Shown here one piece after another: positions 27,612 through 40,602 of a DNA stretch of 64,000 bases. Each line of letters starts with the position of its first letter. Position 1 is the first letter of the stretch. The notes beneath the pieces were generated by a model, which did not search any database, had not been told where the DNA came from, and was given only the letters and a program-made list of their open reading frames with translations. Source of the DNA: Nitrospirota bacterium (GTDB taxonomy: Bacteria > Nitrospirota > Thermodesulfovibrionia > Thermodesulfovibrionales > Dissulfurispiraceae); assembly GCA_963710375.1 (NCBI GenBank), contig CAVPZX010000005.1:96001-160000 (forward strand), written 5' to 3'. The position numbers and the translations under genes were made by a program.

Positions 27612-29126
27612 CTATCTTATTACGTCAAAGCTCGTAGTATTTATTGTTTTCCTGTCCAGCTCATCAAGCACGGTGTTTACTATCTGAGTGACCAGGTTGA
27701 GGACTCCCTGGTATCCGATAATGGGATACCGGTGGAGATGGTGCCTGTCGAACAAAGGGAACCCGATTCGTATGAGGGGGGTCCCTGTATCCCTCCACAG
27801 AAATTTTGCGTATGAATTGCCGATTAGCAGGTCAACCGGATCAGTGAACAGCAATGATCTCAGATGCCACATGTCCCTATTGATATATACCTTTCCCTCG
27901 GCGCCGAAGGTGCTTGTGCCTAATAGAGTGTTCATTTCCTCTTCGAACTTCTTGTCGCCGTTGGTGCAGACTATGTGCACAGGGATGCCCCCCATTTCCA
28001 TGAGAAAACTTACCAGCCCGAGCAGGAGATCAGGATCTCCGGTTAAGGCAAATTTTTTTCCGTGGACATAGGGATGGGAGTCTACCATCGCGTCAACAGC
28101 CCTCCCCCGTTCATCCTCTATCTCCTTAGCAATTGGTTTCCCGGAAATCTTGCTTATTTCCTCAAAAAATGCATCTGTGTTCCTGATGCCGATGGGCGGC
28201 AGCATAGCTGTCTTCTGGCCCCATTCTTTCTCGATATACTCCATGGTCTTTGACGTCGAATACCTCTGGAGCGCAATAGTGGCCATTGCATTGATCGAAT
28301 CTGCTGCGTCGGCCAGGGGAGTGCCTCCGGGATAAAGCTTATACTCGCCGGTATTCGGAGAGTCGAAGGTATCGCTGACATCGGCAAGGATCGTGTGTTT
28401 GACGCCCATGATGTCAAGCAGCCTCTTCATTTCCCGGTAGTTTCCGGTGTAGGTATCAAAGCCTGGTATTATATTTACCCTTCCGTTAGACTCCTTTTTC
28501 TTCCCCTGAGTGATCGTGGAAAGTATGCTCTTAAGCTCATTATCGTACCCGGTTATCTGAGAGCCGACAAAGCTCGGCGTATGTGCCTGGGGTACAGGAA
28601 GGTCCGGGGGGATGAGGCCTTTTTCCCGGGCAGTTTTTACATAAGCATTCAGATCATCGCCGATGACTTCAGCTATGCAGGTGGTTGAGACCGCCAGCAT
28701 TTTGGGCTTGTAGAGCGAATACGCATTTTCGAGCCCTTCGAGCATATTGTTGAGCCCTCCGAAAACTGCTGCATCTTCGGTCATGGACGAGGAGATGGCA
28801 GCCATCGGCTCTTTGAAGTGCCTGTTAAGATGACTTCTGAAATAGGCGACACAGCCCTGGGCCCCCTGAACAAAAGGCATCGTGTCGGCAAAGCCGGATG
28901 CGCAGAAGATCGCTCCGAGGGGCTGGCATGCCTTTACAGGATTGATCTTTATGTTTTTCCGGGCAAAGTTCTTTTCCTTATATTCCTCTGTCTTTGTCCA
29001 TTCAGCCACCTCTTTCACTTTTTCGGCAGGCCAGGGATCCTCAAATTCTTTTTTGTTTTCGAACTGTTCCTGGTACTCCCGGTCCTGAAAGAGTTCGTTA
29101 TGGTCCAATATCTTCATAAGTTTCAT
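27612..29126 (-). CDS. nifK: Nitrogenase MoFe protein beta chain
   Basis: [46 protein letters not shown] overlap with nifD. Confidence 0.98.
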   Translation of the reverse strand: MKLMKILDHNELFQDREYQEQFENKKEFEDPWPAEKVKEVAEWTKTEEYKEKNFARKNIKINPVKACQPLGAIFCASGFADTMPFVQGAQGCVAYFRSHLNRHFKEPMAAISSSMTEDAAVFGGLNNMLEGLENAYSLYKPKMLAVSTTCIAEVIGDDLNAYVKTAREKGLIPPDLPVPQAHTPSFVGSQITGYDNELKSILSTITQGKKKESNGRVNIIPGFDTYTGNYREMKRLLDIMGVKHTILADVSDTFDSPNTGEYKLYPGGTPLADAADSINAMATIALQRYSTSKTMEYIEKEWGQKTAMLPPIGIRNTDAFFEEISKISGKPIAKEIEDERGRAVDAMVDSHPYVHGKKFALTGDPDLLLGLVSFLMEMGGIPVHIVCTNGDKKFEEEMNTLLGTSTFGAEGKVYINRDMWHLRSLLFTDPVDLLIGNSYAKFLWRDTGTPLIRIGFPLFDRHHLHRYPIIGYQGVLNLVTQIVNTVLDELDRKTINTTSFDVIR

Positions 29127-30550
29127 TTTTTCCTCCGTATCAGTTTCCATGTCGGGCTATTCACAGTCATATCCATGTCCCGTGCGAAAACCGGGAAACC
29201 GTCAAAACCATGATAAGGTCCGGAATAATCCCATGAGTGCATCTGCCTGAAAGGCACTCCAAGTTTATGATAGGAGTATTTCTCCTTTATCCCGGAGCCG
29301 ACCATGTCCGGTTTGAGCCTTCTGGTGAATTCCTCCAATTCATAGAGCGTGGCGTCATCCATTATGACAGCGCCCTCTTTCATTACGGGGTAGGTCCTCT
29401 TGTAATCATCACTGTGGCCGAATTCATATCCCGACGCAACGACTTCCATTCCTAGGTCTTCATAAGCCCCTATCGTGTGCCGGGGCCGCAAGCCACCCAC
29501 ATAGAGCATTACCTTTTTGCCTTCGAGGTTCGGTTTGAATCGCTCAATCACCCCATCCATAACCGGTTTGTATTTCTCGATCATCTTCTCCGCCTTTTCT
29601 TTGATGTTGTCATCAAAGTATGAGGCGATCTTTCTCAGACTCTCGTATATTTTTGTCGGCCCGAAGAAATTGAATTCAGCCCACGGGGTGCCGTACTCCT
29701 CTTCCATATGCCTGCATATATAGTTCATGGAACGGTAGCAATGGATGAGGTTCAGTTTAGACTTGTGTGCGATACCCATCTCATTGACAGATGCATCACC
29801 TGTCCATTGGGCGATTACCCTCAGCCCCATTTCTTCCAGCATCTTCCGCGAGGCCCAAGCGTCTCCGCCTATGTTGTAGTCGCCGATCAGCGCCACATCA
29901 TAGGGTGTAGTTTTTTCGAGGCGGCCCTTGCCGAGTACATGGTCCCTTATCGTATCATTGGCAATATGGTGGCCCAGGGACTGGCTTACTCCCCTGAAGC
30001 CTTCACATCGAACAGGCACTATGGGTATTTTGAATTCCTTTTGTACTCTTTTTGCAACCGATTCGATATCGTCTCCGATAAGACCAACAGGGCATTCAGA
30101 GAGGATGCCGATCCCTTTTGCAAGGGGGAAAAGCTCTTTCAGCTCATGGAGCGCGGCATCGAGCCCTTTATCTCCTCCATACACAATATCTTTTTCCTGG
30201 AAGTCCGTGGTGATATGCATAGTGCCGAAGGTATCGATACCGGTCTGCCCATTATAATAGTTTCTCCTGCCCCCCCAGCTGTATTGTCCGCACCCGATTG
30301 GGCCGTGGCTGATGGTGATCTGGTCTTTTACCGGACCCCAGACCACACCTTTTGCCCCCGCAAAAGCACATCCCCTTACCGTCATGACGCCCGGCCTCGA
30401 TTTTATGTTGGACTTGACCTGGCAGGTGCTGCATTGGCCCGAGGGATCATTGGCAGCCAGATGTTTAGCCCTGTCTTTTTTCGCTTTTTCCGGATAGGCC
30501 TCCAGAACTTCCTCTATCATTTTTTGTGTATCTTTAATTGCCGTGCTCAT
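29123..30550 (-). CDS. nifD: Nitrogenase MoFe protein alpha chain
   Basis: P-cluster Cys in RGCAFAG, HGPIGC and SECP; FeMo-co ligands HCYRS and FRQMHSWDY. Confidence 0.98.
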   Translation of the reverse strand: MSTAIKDTQKMIEEVLEAYPEKAKKDRAKHLAANDPSGQCSTCQVKSNIKSRPGVMTVRGCAFAGAKGVVWGPVKDQITISHGPIGCGQYSWGGRRNYYNGQTGIDTFGTMHITTDFQEKDIVYGGDKGLDAALHELKELFPLAKGIGILSECPVGLIGDDIESVAKRVQKEFKIPIVPVRCEGFRGVSQSLGHHIANDTIRDHVLGKGRLEKTTPYDVALIGDYNIGGDAWASRKMLEEMGLRVIAQWTGDASVNEMGIAHKSKLNLIHCYRSMNYICRHMEEEYGTPWAEFNFFGPTKIYESLRKIASYFDDNIKEKAEKMIEKYKPVMDGVIERFKPNLEGKKVMLYVGGLRPRHTIGAYEDLGMEVVASGYEFGHSDDYKRTYPVMKEGAVIMDDATLYELEEFTRRLKPDMVGSGIKEKYSYHKLGVPFRQMHSWDYSGPYHGFDGFPVFARDMDMTVNSPTWKLIRRKK

Positions 30551-30559
30551 CGTTCCTCC

Positions 30560-31432
<873 letters not shown>

Positions 31433-31440
31433 TTATCTAT

Positions 31441-31570
31441 TTACAGCGACTGTCATACCAGTTACAGCAACTGTCATGCCAGCAGCGCTGCTCTTTGATA
31501 ATTAAGGAAAAACTAAAGAACGAGGATATGATGATTATTACAAAAATGAAGCAAATAATACAAAATAGTA
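31441..31570 (-). promoter_or_regulatory. nifH sigma54 promoter (tandemly duplicated) and upstream activator boxes
   Basis: TGGCATGACAGTTGCT at 31466-31481; degenerate 21-bp tandem copy at 31441-31461; tacaaaatagta at 31559-31570 shared with the nifB UAS. Confidence 0.85.
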
Positions 31571-31736
31571 ACAAAAGGCTGCAAGCGCACTATTTGGCGC
31601 TGCATAATAATAAAGGTGGAAAGAAAATCTGGTATAATGCACAAATGCTGAAGAGCACTCAGCGCTGAAATAAGCGGGAACATTCTTTCATCGCTTGCCG
31701 CATAAGCTTTTTAAATTTTTAAGGAATGAAAATTAG

Positions 31737-33428
31737 ATGCTCTCTGAAGTGATTACTGCTTCAAAATATTCTCTGAATTTGCACGCGCTTCCTCTTCTGG
31801 TGGTCGCAATAGGTATTATTATAACTGCAGCACGAGTTCATTTTGATGAGGGGATTAACAGGATCAGCACAACATTTCTCCTGCTTGATATTTCGCTATG
31901 TCTTTGGCTTCTTTCCAGGGTCGGTTTGTACAGCGCCAATGATGCAGCAGTTGCCTTATGGTGGGCCAAAGCAGGGTATTTTGGAATAGCCTTTATTCCG
32001 TCCACCCTCTATCTCATTTCATTTGCTGTTCTGAAAAGCGATGAAAAAAAGAGGTTCATCGTCTGGTCGATTTGGCTGTTTTCTCTGTTTTCATGCTTAA
32101 TCATCGTAAGAACTGATTTTATTATCGAGGGAGTACGTCGATTTTTCTGGGGATATTACCCGCAGTATACGGCCTGGGGCGGGGTATATTTAATTATTTA
32201 TTGTATCCTGCTAGGATTGCCTTTATACGACCTCATACGGGAATATCCCCTGTCGCCACCCGGCAGTACTCAGCGTCTTCGTAATAAATCTTTTCTTATT
32301 GCTTTTGGTGTGGGCAGCGCTGCCCTTGTTGATTTTGTTGCATGCTTCAATATCCCCGTATACCCATTTGGGTACATAGGGATATTTATAGCACTTTTAA
32401 TCATGCTGGGGACTATCTCAAAGTACCGTCTCGTTGATATTACCCCGCGATTTGCAGCAGAAGGCGTCATTAATAGTATGAACGATGCACTTCTGGTCCT
32501 GGATTCAGAAGGAATTGTTCGTCTGATCAATCATTCATCTGTCATCCTCTTTGGGTTACCGGAAACAGATTTATTGGGAAAACATATCAAGGATATAATT
32601 TCTGATAATGATCTGCCTGATTTTAGCGTGCTTGTACGGAGGCATACTTTACCCAACCAGGAATTCTCTTATGTTCACCCTAAAAATGGAAACTTGGCGC
32701 TCAGTATGTCTGTTTCGACTATGAGCAATATTCAGGGGCAGTTGCTCGCCATCGTATGCATTGCAAGGGATATTACCGACCGCAAACTGGCCGAACAGCA
32801 GATAAAGCAATCTCTGAAAGAAAAAGAAGCGCTTCTCAGGGAAATCCATCACCGGGTAAAGAACAACTTGGCGATCGTTTCAAGCCTCCTTTCCTTGGAG
32901 GCCAGAAAAATAAAGGACGCCGGTGTGAAATCCCTCTTTGAAGAAAGCCAGCAGAGGGTCAGGTCTATGGCCCTTGTTCATGAAAAGCTCTATCAGACAA
33001 AAGATTTATCATCCATTAATTTTGAAAGCTATATCAAGTCAATGGTTTTAGATATCATCAGCATGTACCGGATAGATACGAGTGCAATCACCACGGAAAT
33101 CAACATCAGGGATATCGAACTTGATCTGGAATCAGCCGTACCGTGCGGCCTGATAATCAACGAACTCCTCACAAATGCCTTCAAGCATGCTTTCCCTAAA
33201 AAAGGAAAGGGGGTATTAAGCATCAATTTTACAAAGACTGACGGCACTTACACACTGGCAATCAAAGACAATGGTATTGGTCTTCCGGAAGGTTTTGATT
33301 ATAAAGAGGCAGGCACCCTCGGACTTCAGCTTGTCAACATTTTAACAGACCAGCTTGGGGGAACCCTCGAAATCAAGTCTGACAAAGGAACAGAAGCAGT
33401 CGTTATGTTTAAAACCGAAAGGGAATAA
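31737..33428 (+). CDS. 7TM-PAS histidine kinase (HisKA_2 type)
   Basis: 7 hydrophobic segments, PAS/PAC (ARDITDRK), EIHHRVKNNL, NELLTNAFKH, DNGIG. Confidence 0.92.
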   Translation: MLSEVITASKYSLNLHALPLLVVAIGIIITAARVHFDEGINRISTTFLLLDISLCLWLLSRVGLYSANDAAVALWWAKAGYFGIAFIPSTLYLISFAVLKSDEKKRFIVWSIWLFSLFSCLIIVRTDFIIEGVRRFFWGYYPQYTAWGGVYLIIYCILLGLPLYDLIREYPLSPPGSTQRLRNKSFLIAFGVGSAALVDFVACFNIPVYPFGYIGIFIALLIMLGTISKYRLVDITPRFAAEGVINSMNDALLVLDSEGIVRLINHSSVILFGLPETDLLGKHIKDIISDNDLPDFSVLVRRHTLPNQEFSYVHPKNGNLALSMSVSTMSNIQGQLLAIVCIARDITDRKLAEQQIKQSLKEKEALLREIHHRVKNNLAIVSSLLSLEARKIKDAGVKSLFEESQQRVRSMALVHEKLYQTKDLSSINFESYIKSMVLDIISMYRIDTSAITTEINIRDIELDLESAVPCGLIINELLTNAFKHAFPKKGKGVLSINFTKTDGTYTLAIKDNGIGLPEGFDYKEAGTLGLQLVNILTDQLGGTLEIKSDKGTEAVVMFKTERE

Positions 33429-33441
33429 CAATGGAAACGCA

Positions 33442-33783
33442 CTAAGCCTCTGGAACGCCGCCTTCCATGGCAGTGACTATTATTTCTTCTGCTACGCCCA
33501 GCGCCTTTTCAGAAATGTGCTCAATAAGCTCATCGCTGGTTGTGGATTTAGCAAGATTGAAGAAGCCGTATTTTTCGAGGATGCCGATAAGTTGTTCGCA
33601 GTTTACTTTCTTTTCATCATACAGCAAAAGGGCGCTGCCGGTGGCAGTGTTGATCTTAAAGGATTGCATGCCATTTATTGTCCTCATACTTTTTGTAAAC
33701 TGGTCGATATTTTGCGGCTTGTCACGCAAGAATGGCGTACGTATTCTTATCCTGCCAGGCACGTGGTGAATGTAATATTCCAT
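33442..33783 (-). CDS. HMA2-like domain protein
   Basis: HHVPGRIRIR and NTATGSALLLYD motifs. Confidence 0.75.
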   Translation of the reverse strand: MEYYIHHVPGRIRIRTPFLRDKPQNIDQFTKSMRTINGMQSFKINTATGSALLLYDEKKVNCEQLIGILEKYGFFNLAKSTTSDELIEHISEKALGVAEEIIVTAMEGGVPEA

Positions 33784-33849
33784 AGGCAGTATCCTTTTTC
33801 CTAATTATAATCTAAACGATCAATAAAAGAGCGACATTATTCCTTAATG

Positions 33850-34019
33850 GGTAGTGGGCCGGTTTGTTTTTGCACTGTATCAATTAGCCGTTCAATTCAA
33901 TCACCGGCCTGTATTGAGCATTATCTGTGGTCGCCACTTCTATATATGTGGGCTCGGCGTTACTCGCCCACTACTGATAACCCAGGTGATACAGAGCAAA
34001 AACAAACCGGCCCACTACC
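33850..34019. mobile_element. 170-bp MITE-like element, copy 1
   Basis: 33-bp terminal inverted repeats GGTAGTGGGCCGGTTTGTTTTTGC(A/T)CTGTATCA; second copy at 57014-57183. Confidence 0.85.
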
Positions 34020-34035
34020 CATCAATGCAGAGTCC

Positions 34036-34869
34036 TCACACGCTCAGAACTGGAATCTGCACCGCGCAAATGATTGAGTAGCCGTGGGTCCGCAGGTGAC
34101 CGCCATAAGGGTTACACCCGGTAACCAGCAAGTCCGCCTTGGTCTGCGCAGCAGCTTGCCTCAGCACCTTGGGCACGTCACCACTGCCGATAAATACGTC
34201 TGCCTTTATGCCAATGTCTCGCTGGAGTTCTGCGATATGCTCGGAAGCATAGCCGACAAGCACCTCTTTCCACTCTGGATTGACGGAGCTGCCACCAGGC
34301 CCCCAAATCTCGACCCCGGCAGTGACGTGAGCGAGCGTGAGACGGGCGCGAAATTCCGAGGCCAATTGCACGGCCCACGACACAGCTTTCTGATTATAGG
34401 GGCTGAAATCGACCGCGCACAGGATGTTACGGATCGCAAACCCCTGCACCGGCGATACTTCCACGTGTGCGTCGGTCCAAACCGGGCACTCGGTCCCATG
34501 TAGGACCTTCGCTGTCACAGAGCCCAGGAGAAACTGGCTGAACGTTTGTCCATAAGACGGCATCATGATCATGTGGGCTTTTTCCTCCTCAGCCGTCTCC
34601 ACGATTGCCCGGGCAGCACTGCCTTTGACCAACATGCGCTGAATGGTAAGGCCATCGAGCTCCGGCCCGAGAGAACGGTCCAGCATATCCCAACCAGCGC
34701 TCCCGGGGCCGTACTCCCGCACACCGCCGGGATGGGTCAGCTCTGTCACGACATGCAGCATCACGATCTCGGAATGGAAATGGCGCGCCAAAGCCGCAGC
34801 CTGGTGAATCACACGCAGCGAGATATTCGGGAAATCAACCGGAAGAAGAATTTTCTTAATATTCAGCAT
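34036..34869 (-). CDS. Tandem universal stress protein (two USP domains)
   Basis: KILLPVDF, LLGSVTAKVL, second ILCAVDF domain. Confidence 0.92.
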   Translation of the reverse strand: MLNIKKILLPVDFPNISLRVIHQAAALARHFHSEIVMLHVVTELTHPGGVREYGPGSAGWDMLDRSLGPELDGLTIQRMLVKGSAARAIVETAEEEKAHMIMMPSYGQTFSQFLLGSVTAKVLHGTECPVWTDAHVEVSPVQGFAIRNILCAVDFSPYNQKAVSWAVQLASEFRARLTLAHVTAGVEIWGPGGSSVNPEWKEVLVGYASEHIAELQRDIGIKADVFIGSGDVPKVLRQAAAQTKADLLVTGCNPYGGHLRTHGYSIICAVQIPVLSV

Positions 34870-34900
34870 CGCTCACCAGCCGGAGAGTCATACTCGACAC

Positions 34901-34938
34901 ATTAAGATTCCCTGCGGTCTTGCCGCAGGGAATCTTAA
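34901..34938. terminator. Hairpin after the NHL-repeat gene
   Basis: ttaagattccctgcgg/ccgcagggaatcttaa perfect 16-bp inverted repeat. Confidence 0.65.
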
Positions 34939-34944
34939 ATAAAA

Positions 34945-36306
34945 CTATGGCCAGATAGGACCGGTAATATATGTGCGGAACTGTGGTCCTGTTGCAGCTC
35001 CTTGCAAGAAAGTAACGGTGTTGCTGCCGTAATTGGCTACCCATATATTGTTTGACGCGTCAATGGCAATGGCAGATGGATTATTGCCGACTGTAAGGGT
35101 ATGAATCAACGAACTATCTGTTGGGCTTAACTGCATAATGGTGGTACCTGGCGTGGCGGTGGTGCCGTAATTTGCTATCCACACACTCCCCGCCGTGTCT
35201 ATTGCAACAGCGTCTGGAGCATTAATGCCGGTTGGTTGAAATACATTTACCACTGCCCCACCAGGGTTTAGCTGAGCAATGGTGTTACTCAACTGGTTAG
35301 TCACCCACAAAAAGTTCGATGGATCTATCGCAATGCTGGACGGCTCACTCTGATTGCTGCTGCCGGTTTTGTTGACTGCGAATTGGCCATATAAAGTCTC
35401 ATTGGAGTTTATCCCTGTAATAGTGTTGCCGGGAGCGGCAGCGGTGCCCATGTTTGCAATCCATGTGACCCATACAAAGTTCACGCCGCCCACCGCAATG
35501 CCTTTTGGCGCGGTGATGTCAGTTACGTATGTTGTTATCAAGTTCCCGGTGGAGCTTAACTCTGTAACGGTGTTGCTGCCCTGGTTTGTCACCCACACAA
35601 AGCTTGTTGGGTCTATGACAATGCTGGATGGATTAGTGCCAACTCCATTTGTGAAATTGCCTATCAGTGTTCCGCTGGAGTTAAACTCTGTAACGCTGTT
35701 GCTTCCGAAATTTGGCACCCACACATTGCCCGTGGCGTCTATGGCAATACCGGATGGATTAGTTATAGTGCCGCCGGCCGTATATGTATTTATCACCGAG
35801 CCGGTGGACATGCCGGCTGGGCACTTCGCTGTATTGCTGCCGCATAACTCTGTAACGTTGTTGCTTCCGTAATTTGAAACCCATATGTTGCCATTAGAAT
35901 CTATGGCAATGCCAGACGGATTAGTGCCGACGGGGTACGTGATGGGGCTAGGTACAGGTGACACTTGAAAGGCAGCTGACGCCGTGATGTTTGCTGATGA
36001 GGAGATGGTAATGGTAGTAGTGCCTGGTGCAAGGGTTGTAACAAGGCCGCTGCTGTTAACAGTTGCAACCGATGGATTGGATGAACTCCATGAAACCTGT
36101 GTGTTTTCATTAGCAACCACCCCGTTAGACTGTGAACCGGCGGCTTCAAACTGAATAGGAGTATTCACAAGCAAGTTTATATTATTTGGCGATAAGGTAA
36201 GGGACTCTATTGTAGTTTTTCCTCCACCACAACTCATGAATGCCGCAGCCATCATAAAACACAGACACAGTGCCAATACTGTTTTGAATCCCTTCCTAAT
36301 TTTCAT
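34945..36306 (-). CDS. Lipoprotein with Big_2 Ig domain and NHL beta-propeller repeats
   Basis: Lipobox-like FMSC; WSSSNPSVATV Big_2 motif; ~7 PxGIAIDxxGNxWVxN repeats. Confidence 0.88.
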   Translation of the reverse strand: MKIRKGFKTVLALCLCFMMAAAFMSCGGGKTTIESLTLSPNNINLLVNTPIQFEAAGSQSNGVVANENTQVSWSSSNPSVATVNSSGLVTTLAPGTTTITISSSANITASAAFQVSPVPSPITYPVGTNPSGIAIDSNGNIWVSNYGSNNVTELCGSNTAKCPAGMSTGSVINTYTAGGTITNPSGIAIDATGNVWVPNFGSNSVTEFNSSGTLIGNFTNGVGTNPSSIVIDPTSFVWVTNQGSNTVTELSSTGNLITTYVTDITAPKGIAVGGVNFVWVTWIANMGTAAAPGNTITGINSNETLYGQFAVNKTGSSNQSEPSSIAIDPSNFLWVTNQLSNTIAQLNPGGAVVNVFQPTGINAPDAVAIDTAGSVWIANYGTTATPGTTIMQLSPTDSSLIHTLTVGNNPSAIAIDASNNIWVANYGSNTVTFLQGAATGPQFRTYITGPIWP

Positions 36307-36390
36307 TTTGCCCCTCCTATCACGCTGTCAACTGAAAGTTCAGTATGCATTATTTAAGTCGCTAAAAAAGGTCACAAGGTTACAACTTTC

Positions 36391-38022
36391 TCATACCTTG
36401 AACTGGGCCACCAGATTCTTCAGGTTAGTTGCCAGTTGCGCAAGGTCGGAAGCCGATTCGGCTATCTCATGGGAATTTGAAGAAGTCTCGTTCGCTACTT
36501 TTGCTACTGTTTCAACATCGCTGCTTACTGCCTCAGAAACAGTGGACATCTGCTCTGTTGCAGAAGCTACCTGATGCACCATTGACTGCAGACCCTCAAC
36601 GCTTTTTACAATTCTATGCAGGGCCTCTCCTGCTTTGGTAACATCATCAACACCTGAATCAACCTTGCCGGTCGCCTCACCCATGGAAGCCACAGCCTGA
36701 CTTACTTCATTCTGGATCGCCCCTATCATTTCTCCTATTTCTGACGTGGCCTTCGCAGTCCTCTCCGCCAACTTCCTCACTTCGTCTGCAACAACGGCAA
36801 AGCCCCTGCCTTGCTCACCTGCGCGTGCTGCTTCAATAGCCGCATTGAGAGCAAGCAGATTAGTCTGGTCAGCTATATCTTTAATGACACTTATTATCTC
36901 CCCTATTTGCTTTGAGCGTTCGCCCAGGGATGTGATAAGGCTGGAAGATTCCGCTACAGTACTGGCTATTTCCTTTACTTCCTGCACTGATATGCTGACT
37001 ATTTCCTCACCTTCTTTAGCTATCGAGGCGGTTTCTGTTGTCGAAGATGCTATATTGGAGGCGTTTTTAGCAACGTCCATGACTGTCTGCGACATCTCCG
37101 ATGAGGAAGCAGCTATTTGTGAGGCCCTCCCCGACTGTTCAGCCATGCCCCTGGACATTTGACCGGATTTTGCACTTAGTTGGCTGCTTGCAGTGGCGAC
37201 AGAATCTGCCGAGGTTTTCACGGCTGCAACAACATCATGCAGCTTTGCCGCCATCTTGCCCATTGCGGCAAGGAGTTGCCCTGTCTCATCCATGCTCTCA
37301 GATTCTACCTTTACGGTCAAATCGCCGTCTGCCAGTGCATTTGACATTTCTACAGTTTTTTTGAGGGGTTTTACTACGCCGCTGGTAAGGCAAACCGCTA
37401 TTGCTACAGCAGATGCGATTGCGATGATCCCGAGTATCATCATGTATATGGTAGTCCTTTTGTACTGTTTCGTGGCTTCTTCAAAGCGATATTTATTGCG
37501 CTCATTCTGATGTTCGGTTAAATTATCTACAGCTACCAACCAACTATGAACTGCCGGTCTTGTTTCGCTATTCAGGAAGTCAATTGCCTCGTCACTTTTG
37601 TTTGACTTAAGAAGATCAATGGCTTTATCCCTTGCCGGAATTGCACTTTCCTGCGCTGATTTGACGTTTGCAATTAATCCTAACCCTTTGGTATCTGCAC
37701 TGCTGGTTAGTGACTCAATTTCTTTCAGTTGTTGATTATATATGTCTTGCTGAGCGGAAATCGTTTCTTCCATTTTTTTCCATTCCCCACTATCTCTGGA
37801 CAAAAAGGCGGTGCGTAGTGCGATGCCGATTTCTCTCAGTGCATTTCCCAATTTGCTGGAGGCAATAAGCCTCTGGTCGTTGATAGTTACAATACGGGCC
37901 ATATCCTTGTGGATATTATTAGTGTTGACCATGCCGATCACCGAAATAACGATCATCAGGCCGAGCACAATTGCAAATCCAATCCCCAAACGCGCCCCTA
38001 TTTTCATATCATGAGGTCTCAT
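36391..38022 (-). CDS. Methyl-accepting chemotaxis protein (4HB sensor, HAMP)
   Basis: [41 protein letters not shown] 38022 after AAGGGAG. Confidence 0.96.
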   Translation of the reverse strand: MRPHDMKIGARLGIGFAIVLGLMIVISVIGMVNTNNIHKDMARIVTINDQRLIASSKLGNALREIGIALRTAFLSRDSGEWKKMEETISAQQDIYNQQLKEIESLTSSADTKGLGLIANVKSAQESAIPARDKAIDLLKSNKSDEAIDFLNSETRPAVHSWLVAVDNLTEHQNERNKYRFEEATKQYKRTTIYMMILGIIAIASAVAIAVCLTSGVVKPLKKTVEMSNALADGDLTVKVESESMDETGQLLAAMGKMAAKLHDVVAAVKTSADSVATASSQLSAKSGQMSRGMAEQSGRASQIAASSSEMSQTVMDVAKNASNIASSTTETASIAKEGEEIVSISVQEVKEIASTVAESSSLITSLGERSKQIGEIISVIKDIADQTNLLALNAAIEAARAGEQGRGFAVVADEVRKLAERTAKATSEIGEMIGAIQNEVSQAVASMGEATGKVDSGVDDVTKAGEALHRIVKSVEGLQSMVHQVASATEQMSTVSEAVSSDVETVAKVANETSSNSHEIAESASDLAQLATNLKNLVAQFKV

Positions 38023-38341
38023 TTCAGCTCCCTTGGCTATAAGTACCCTTTTATTTTTTTTACTTTTATTGAAAGAAAGGTTGAATTTCTGGCCTATTAT
38101 ATCATATTCAGAGTTCAAATTAATTGGTGGCGCGTCAGGAATCCCGGGAGAAATACACCATGCAGAATCCCACCATGAATGCACAGTGAAAAGCAATTCC
38201 CTTGACTTGCCATTAATCTCTTGGATAAGATAATAAATTCGGTCAAACGCCTCAAAATATCAAGCGCAAATGTCTTTTGGTGGCTCATGGCCTGCAAATC
38301 TATGATCGTCCAGGGGCTATGACCGGAGCCGTGGAGGGCAG

Positions 38342-38812
38342 ATGCTTATCGCAATTGGTTCAGATCACGCCGGGCTTGAAATGAAGAATGAAGTAATCGC
38401 TGTTCTGAAAGAGATGAGGCATGAGTATAAGGATTTTGGGACCGATACTGCGCAGTCTGTTGATTATCCTGACTTTGGAGAGATGGTGTCTCATGAAGTG
38501 TCACAGGGAAAAGCCGACCGCGGGATTCTGATATGCGGCACCGGAATCGGTATGTCCATTGTTGCAAATAAATTTCCCTATATCCGTGCAGCACTTTGCA
38601 ATGAACTGTTTTCTGCTAGAATGAGCAGACTCCATAATGATGCAAACATCCTTGTGCTTGGAGGCAGAATAATAGGCAAAGACCTTGCAAAAGAAATAGT
38701 GAAAACATGGATGGTCACTCCTTTTGAAGGGGGAAGACACGAAAACAGGCTGAAAAAAATACAGCTTATTGAGAAAAAAACAATAATGAAAGGGGATTCT
38801 CAGAACTCCTGA
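38342..38812 (+). CDS. rpiB: Ribose-5-phosphate isomerase B
   Basis: GSDHAG, DYPD, CGTGIG, HNDAN, FEGGRH. Confidence 0.97.
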   Translation: MLIAIGSDHAGLEMKNEVIAVLKEMRHEYKDFGTDTAQSVDYPDFGEMVSHEVSQGKADRGILICGTGIGMSIVANKFPYIRAALCNELFSARMSRLHNDANILVLGGRIIGKDLAKEIVKTWMVTPFEGGRHENRLKKIQLIEKKTIMKGDSQNS

Positions 38813-38843
38813 TTTTTCTGGGGATCAGATTAGGGGCCGTGCA

Positions 38844-40088
38844 ATGAATTGCGAGCAGCTTAAAAAGAGTGATCCTGAAATATTTGATGCAATTTACAAG
38901 GAAAAAGCGCGGGAACAAAGCAAAATACTCCTGATCGCTTCCGAGAATTACGCCAGCTGTGCGGTAATGGAAGCGCAGGGTTCTGTTCTTACCAACAAGT
39001 ATGCGGAAGGGTATCCCAATAAGAGGTATTACGGCGGCTGCGAATACGCTGATATTATTGAAAGGCTTGCTATCGAGCGGGCAAAGAAACTTTTCAACGC
39101 AGACCATGTAAATGTCCAGCCCCATTCAGGGACTCAGGCGAACATGGCAGTATTCTTCTCAGTCTTAAAGCCGGGAGATACCATCCTCGGAATGAGGCTG
39201 GACCACGGCGGACACCTGTCACACGGAGCATCGGTAAATTTTACCGGGATGCTCTATAATTCGTTCTCTTATGGGGTGAGCAGGGAAAGCGGATATATTG
39301 ATATGGATAGTGTGCGGACACTTGCTCTGCAGCATAAACCTAAAATGATTATTGTAGGGGCGAGCGCCTATTCGCGCATCATCGATTTCAAGCAGTTCTC
39401 GGAGATAGCGAAACAAACAGGCGCATATTTCCTTGCCGATATAGCCCATATCGCAGGACTGGTAGCAGCCGGCGAGCACCCTTCTCCACTGCCGTATGCA
39501 GATTTTGTAACCACCACCACGCACAAGACACTCAGGGGCCCCAGGGGAGGGATGATCATGTGCAAGGCGGATTATGCAAAGGCCGTTGATAAAATGATTT
39601 TCCCGGGAATACAAGGCGGCCCGCTGGCCCACGTGATCGCTGCAAAAGCTGTAGCCTTTAAAGAAGCGCTGTCCGCCGAGTTTGGAGGTTATCAGAAAAT
39701 GATGGTCGAAAACTCCCGCCGTCTTGCCGGAGGCCTTATCAAAAATGGGTTTAAAATCATATCCGGGGGTACCGACAACCACCTTATGCTGGTTGATCTG
39801 ACCGATACAGGCGTTACAGGAAAAGAGGCTGAAGAAGCACTTGACAGGGCAGGAATTACTGTGAACAAAAATGCTATACCCTACGATATCAAACCACCTG
39901 CCATCACCAGCGGGATCAGGTTGGGAACTCCCTGCGTAACTACAAGGGGAATGAGGGCGGCAGAAATGGACGAGATAGCCGATATAATAGCCGGCGTTTT
40001 AAAAAATATACAGGAACCGGCTGTCGCTGGTGTTATGAATAAAAGGGTGCAAGCCCTATGTGCCAAGTTTCCGATTTATTCCTCATGA
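38844..40088 (+). CDS. glyA: Serine hydroxymethyltransferase
   Basis: [27 protein letters not shown]. Confidence 0.98.
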   Translation: MNCEQLKKSDPEIFDAIYKEKAREQSKILLIASENYASCAVMEAQGSVLTNKYAEGYPNKRYYGGCEYADIIERLAIERAKKLFNADHVNVQPHSGTQANMAVFFSVLKPGDTILGMRLDHGGHLSHGASVNFTGMLYNSFSYGVSRESGYIDMDSVRTLALQHKPKMIIVGASAYSRIIDFKQFSEIAKQTGAYFLADIAHIAGLVAAGEHPSPLPYADFVTTTTHKTLRGPRGGMIMCKADYAKAVDKMIFPGIQGGPLAHVIAAKAVAFKEALSAEFGGYQKMMVENSRRLAGGLIKNGFKIISGGTDNHLMLVDLTDTGVTGKEAEEALDRAGITVNKNAIPYDIKPPAITSGIRLGTPCVTTRGMRAAEMDEIADIIAGVLKNIQEPAVAGVMNKRVQALCAKFPIYSS

Positions 40089-40555
40089 AATGTCCCTTCT
40101 GCGGAAGCATAGAGGACAAAGTGATCGATTCCCGGGCCGGCAAGGATGGAGAAGTAATCAGGAGGAGAAGGGAATGCCTTAAGTGCACGCAGCGGTTTAC
40201 CTCTTATGAGCGCGTCGAGGACCCGCTCCCCATGGTAATAAAAAAAGACGGCAGCCGTGAGTTTTTTGATAGCCACAAGATTATAACCGGCTTGAAGAAG
40301 GCCTGTGAAAAACGCCCGATACCTATTATAAAGCTTGAGGAAACCGAGAAGAACATCGAGAAGAAACTTATAGGATTGGGTGCGAAAGAGATAAGCAGTT
40401 CCTGGATAGGAGAGGAGATTATGTCCTCGCTCAAGGAGCTTGACAAGGTTGCCTACGTAAGGTTTGCTTCTGTTTACCGCCAATTTAAAGACATTAGTGA
40501 TCTGATGGAAGAAGTAAAAACATTATTTGACCATAAAGACAGCGGAAAACATTAG
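40085..40555 (+). CDS. nrdR: Transcriptional repressor NrdR
   Basis: MKCPFC, RRRRECxxC, ATP cone, [14 protein letters not shown] overlap with glyA. Confidence 0.97.
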   Translation: MKCPFCGSIEDKVIDSRAGKDGEVIRRRRECLKCTQRFTSYERVEDPLPMVIKKDGSREFFDSHKIITGLKKACEKRPIPIIKLEETEKNIEKKLIGLGAKEISSSWIGEEIMSSLKELDKVAYVRFASVYRQFKDISDLMEEVKTLFDHKDSGKH

Positions 40556-40602
40556 CATAAGGAAGACAGGAGAAGGGGAGCGCTTGTTTTTCGACGCGTT
40601 GA

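Noticed and set aside
33847..34081. ORFs at 33847/33854 and the similar ORF at 56994-57341
   Set aside because: The shared peptide is just translation of the 170-bp MITE copies.
38023..38196. N-terminal extension of the MCP
   Set aside because: The RBS and the typical MKIGARL start support ATG 38022.
38235..38341. Possible riboswitch (ZTP, glycine or c-di-GMP) in the rpiB-glyA leader
   Set aside because: A weak hairpin is present, but class signatures such as CGCCTGGGCA or a GGAGA..CCGAAG pair are absent.
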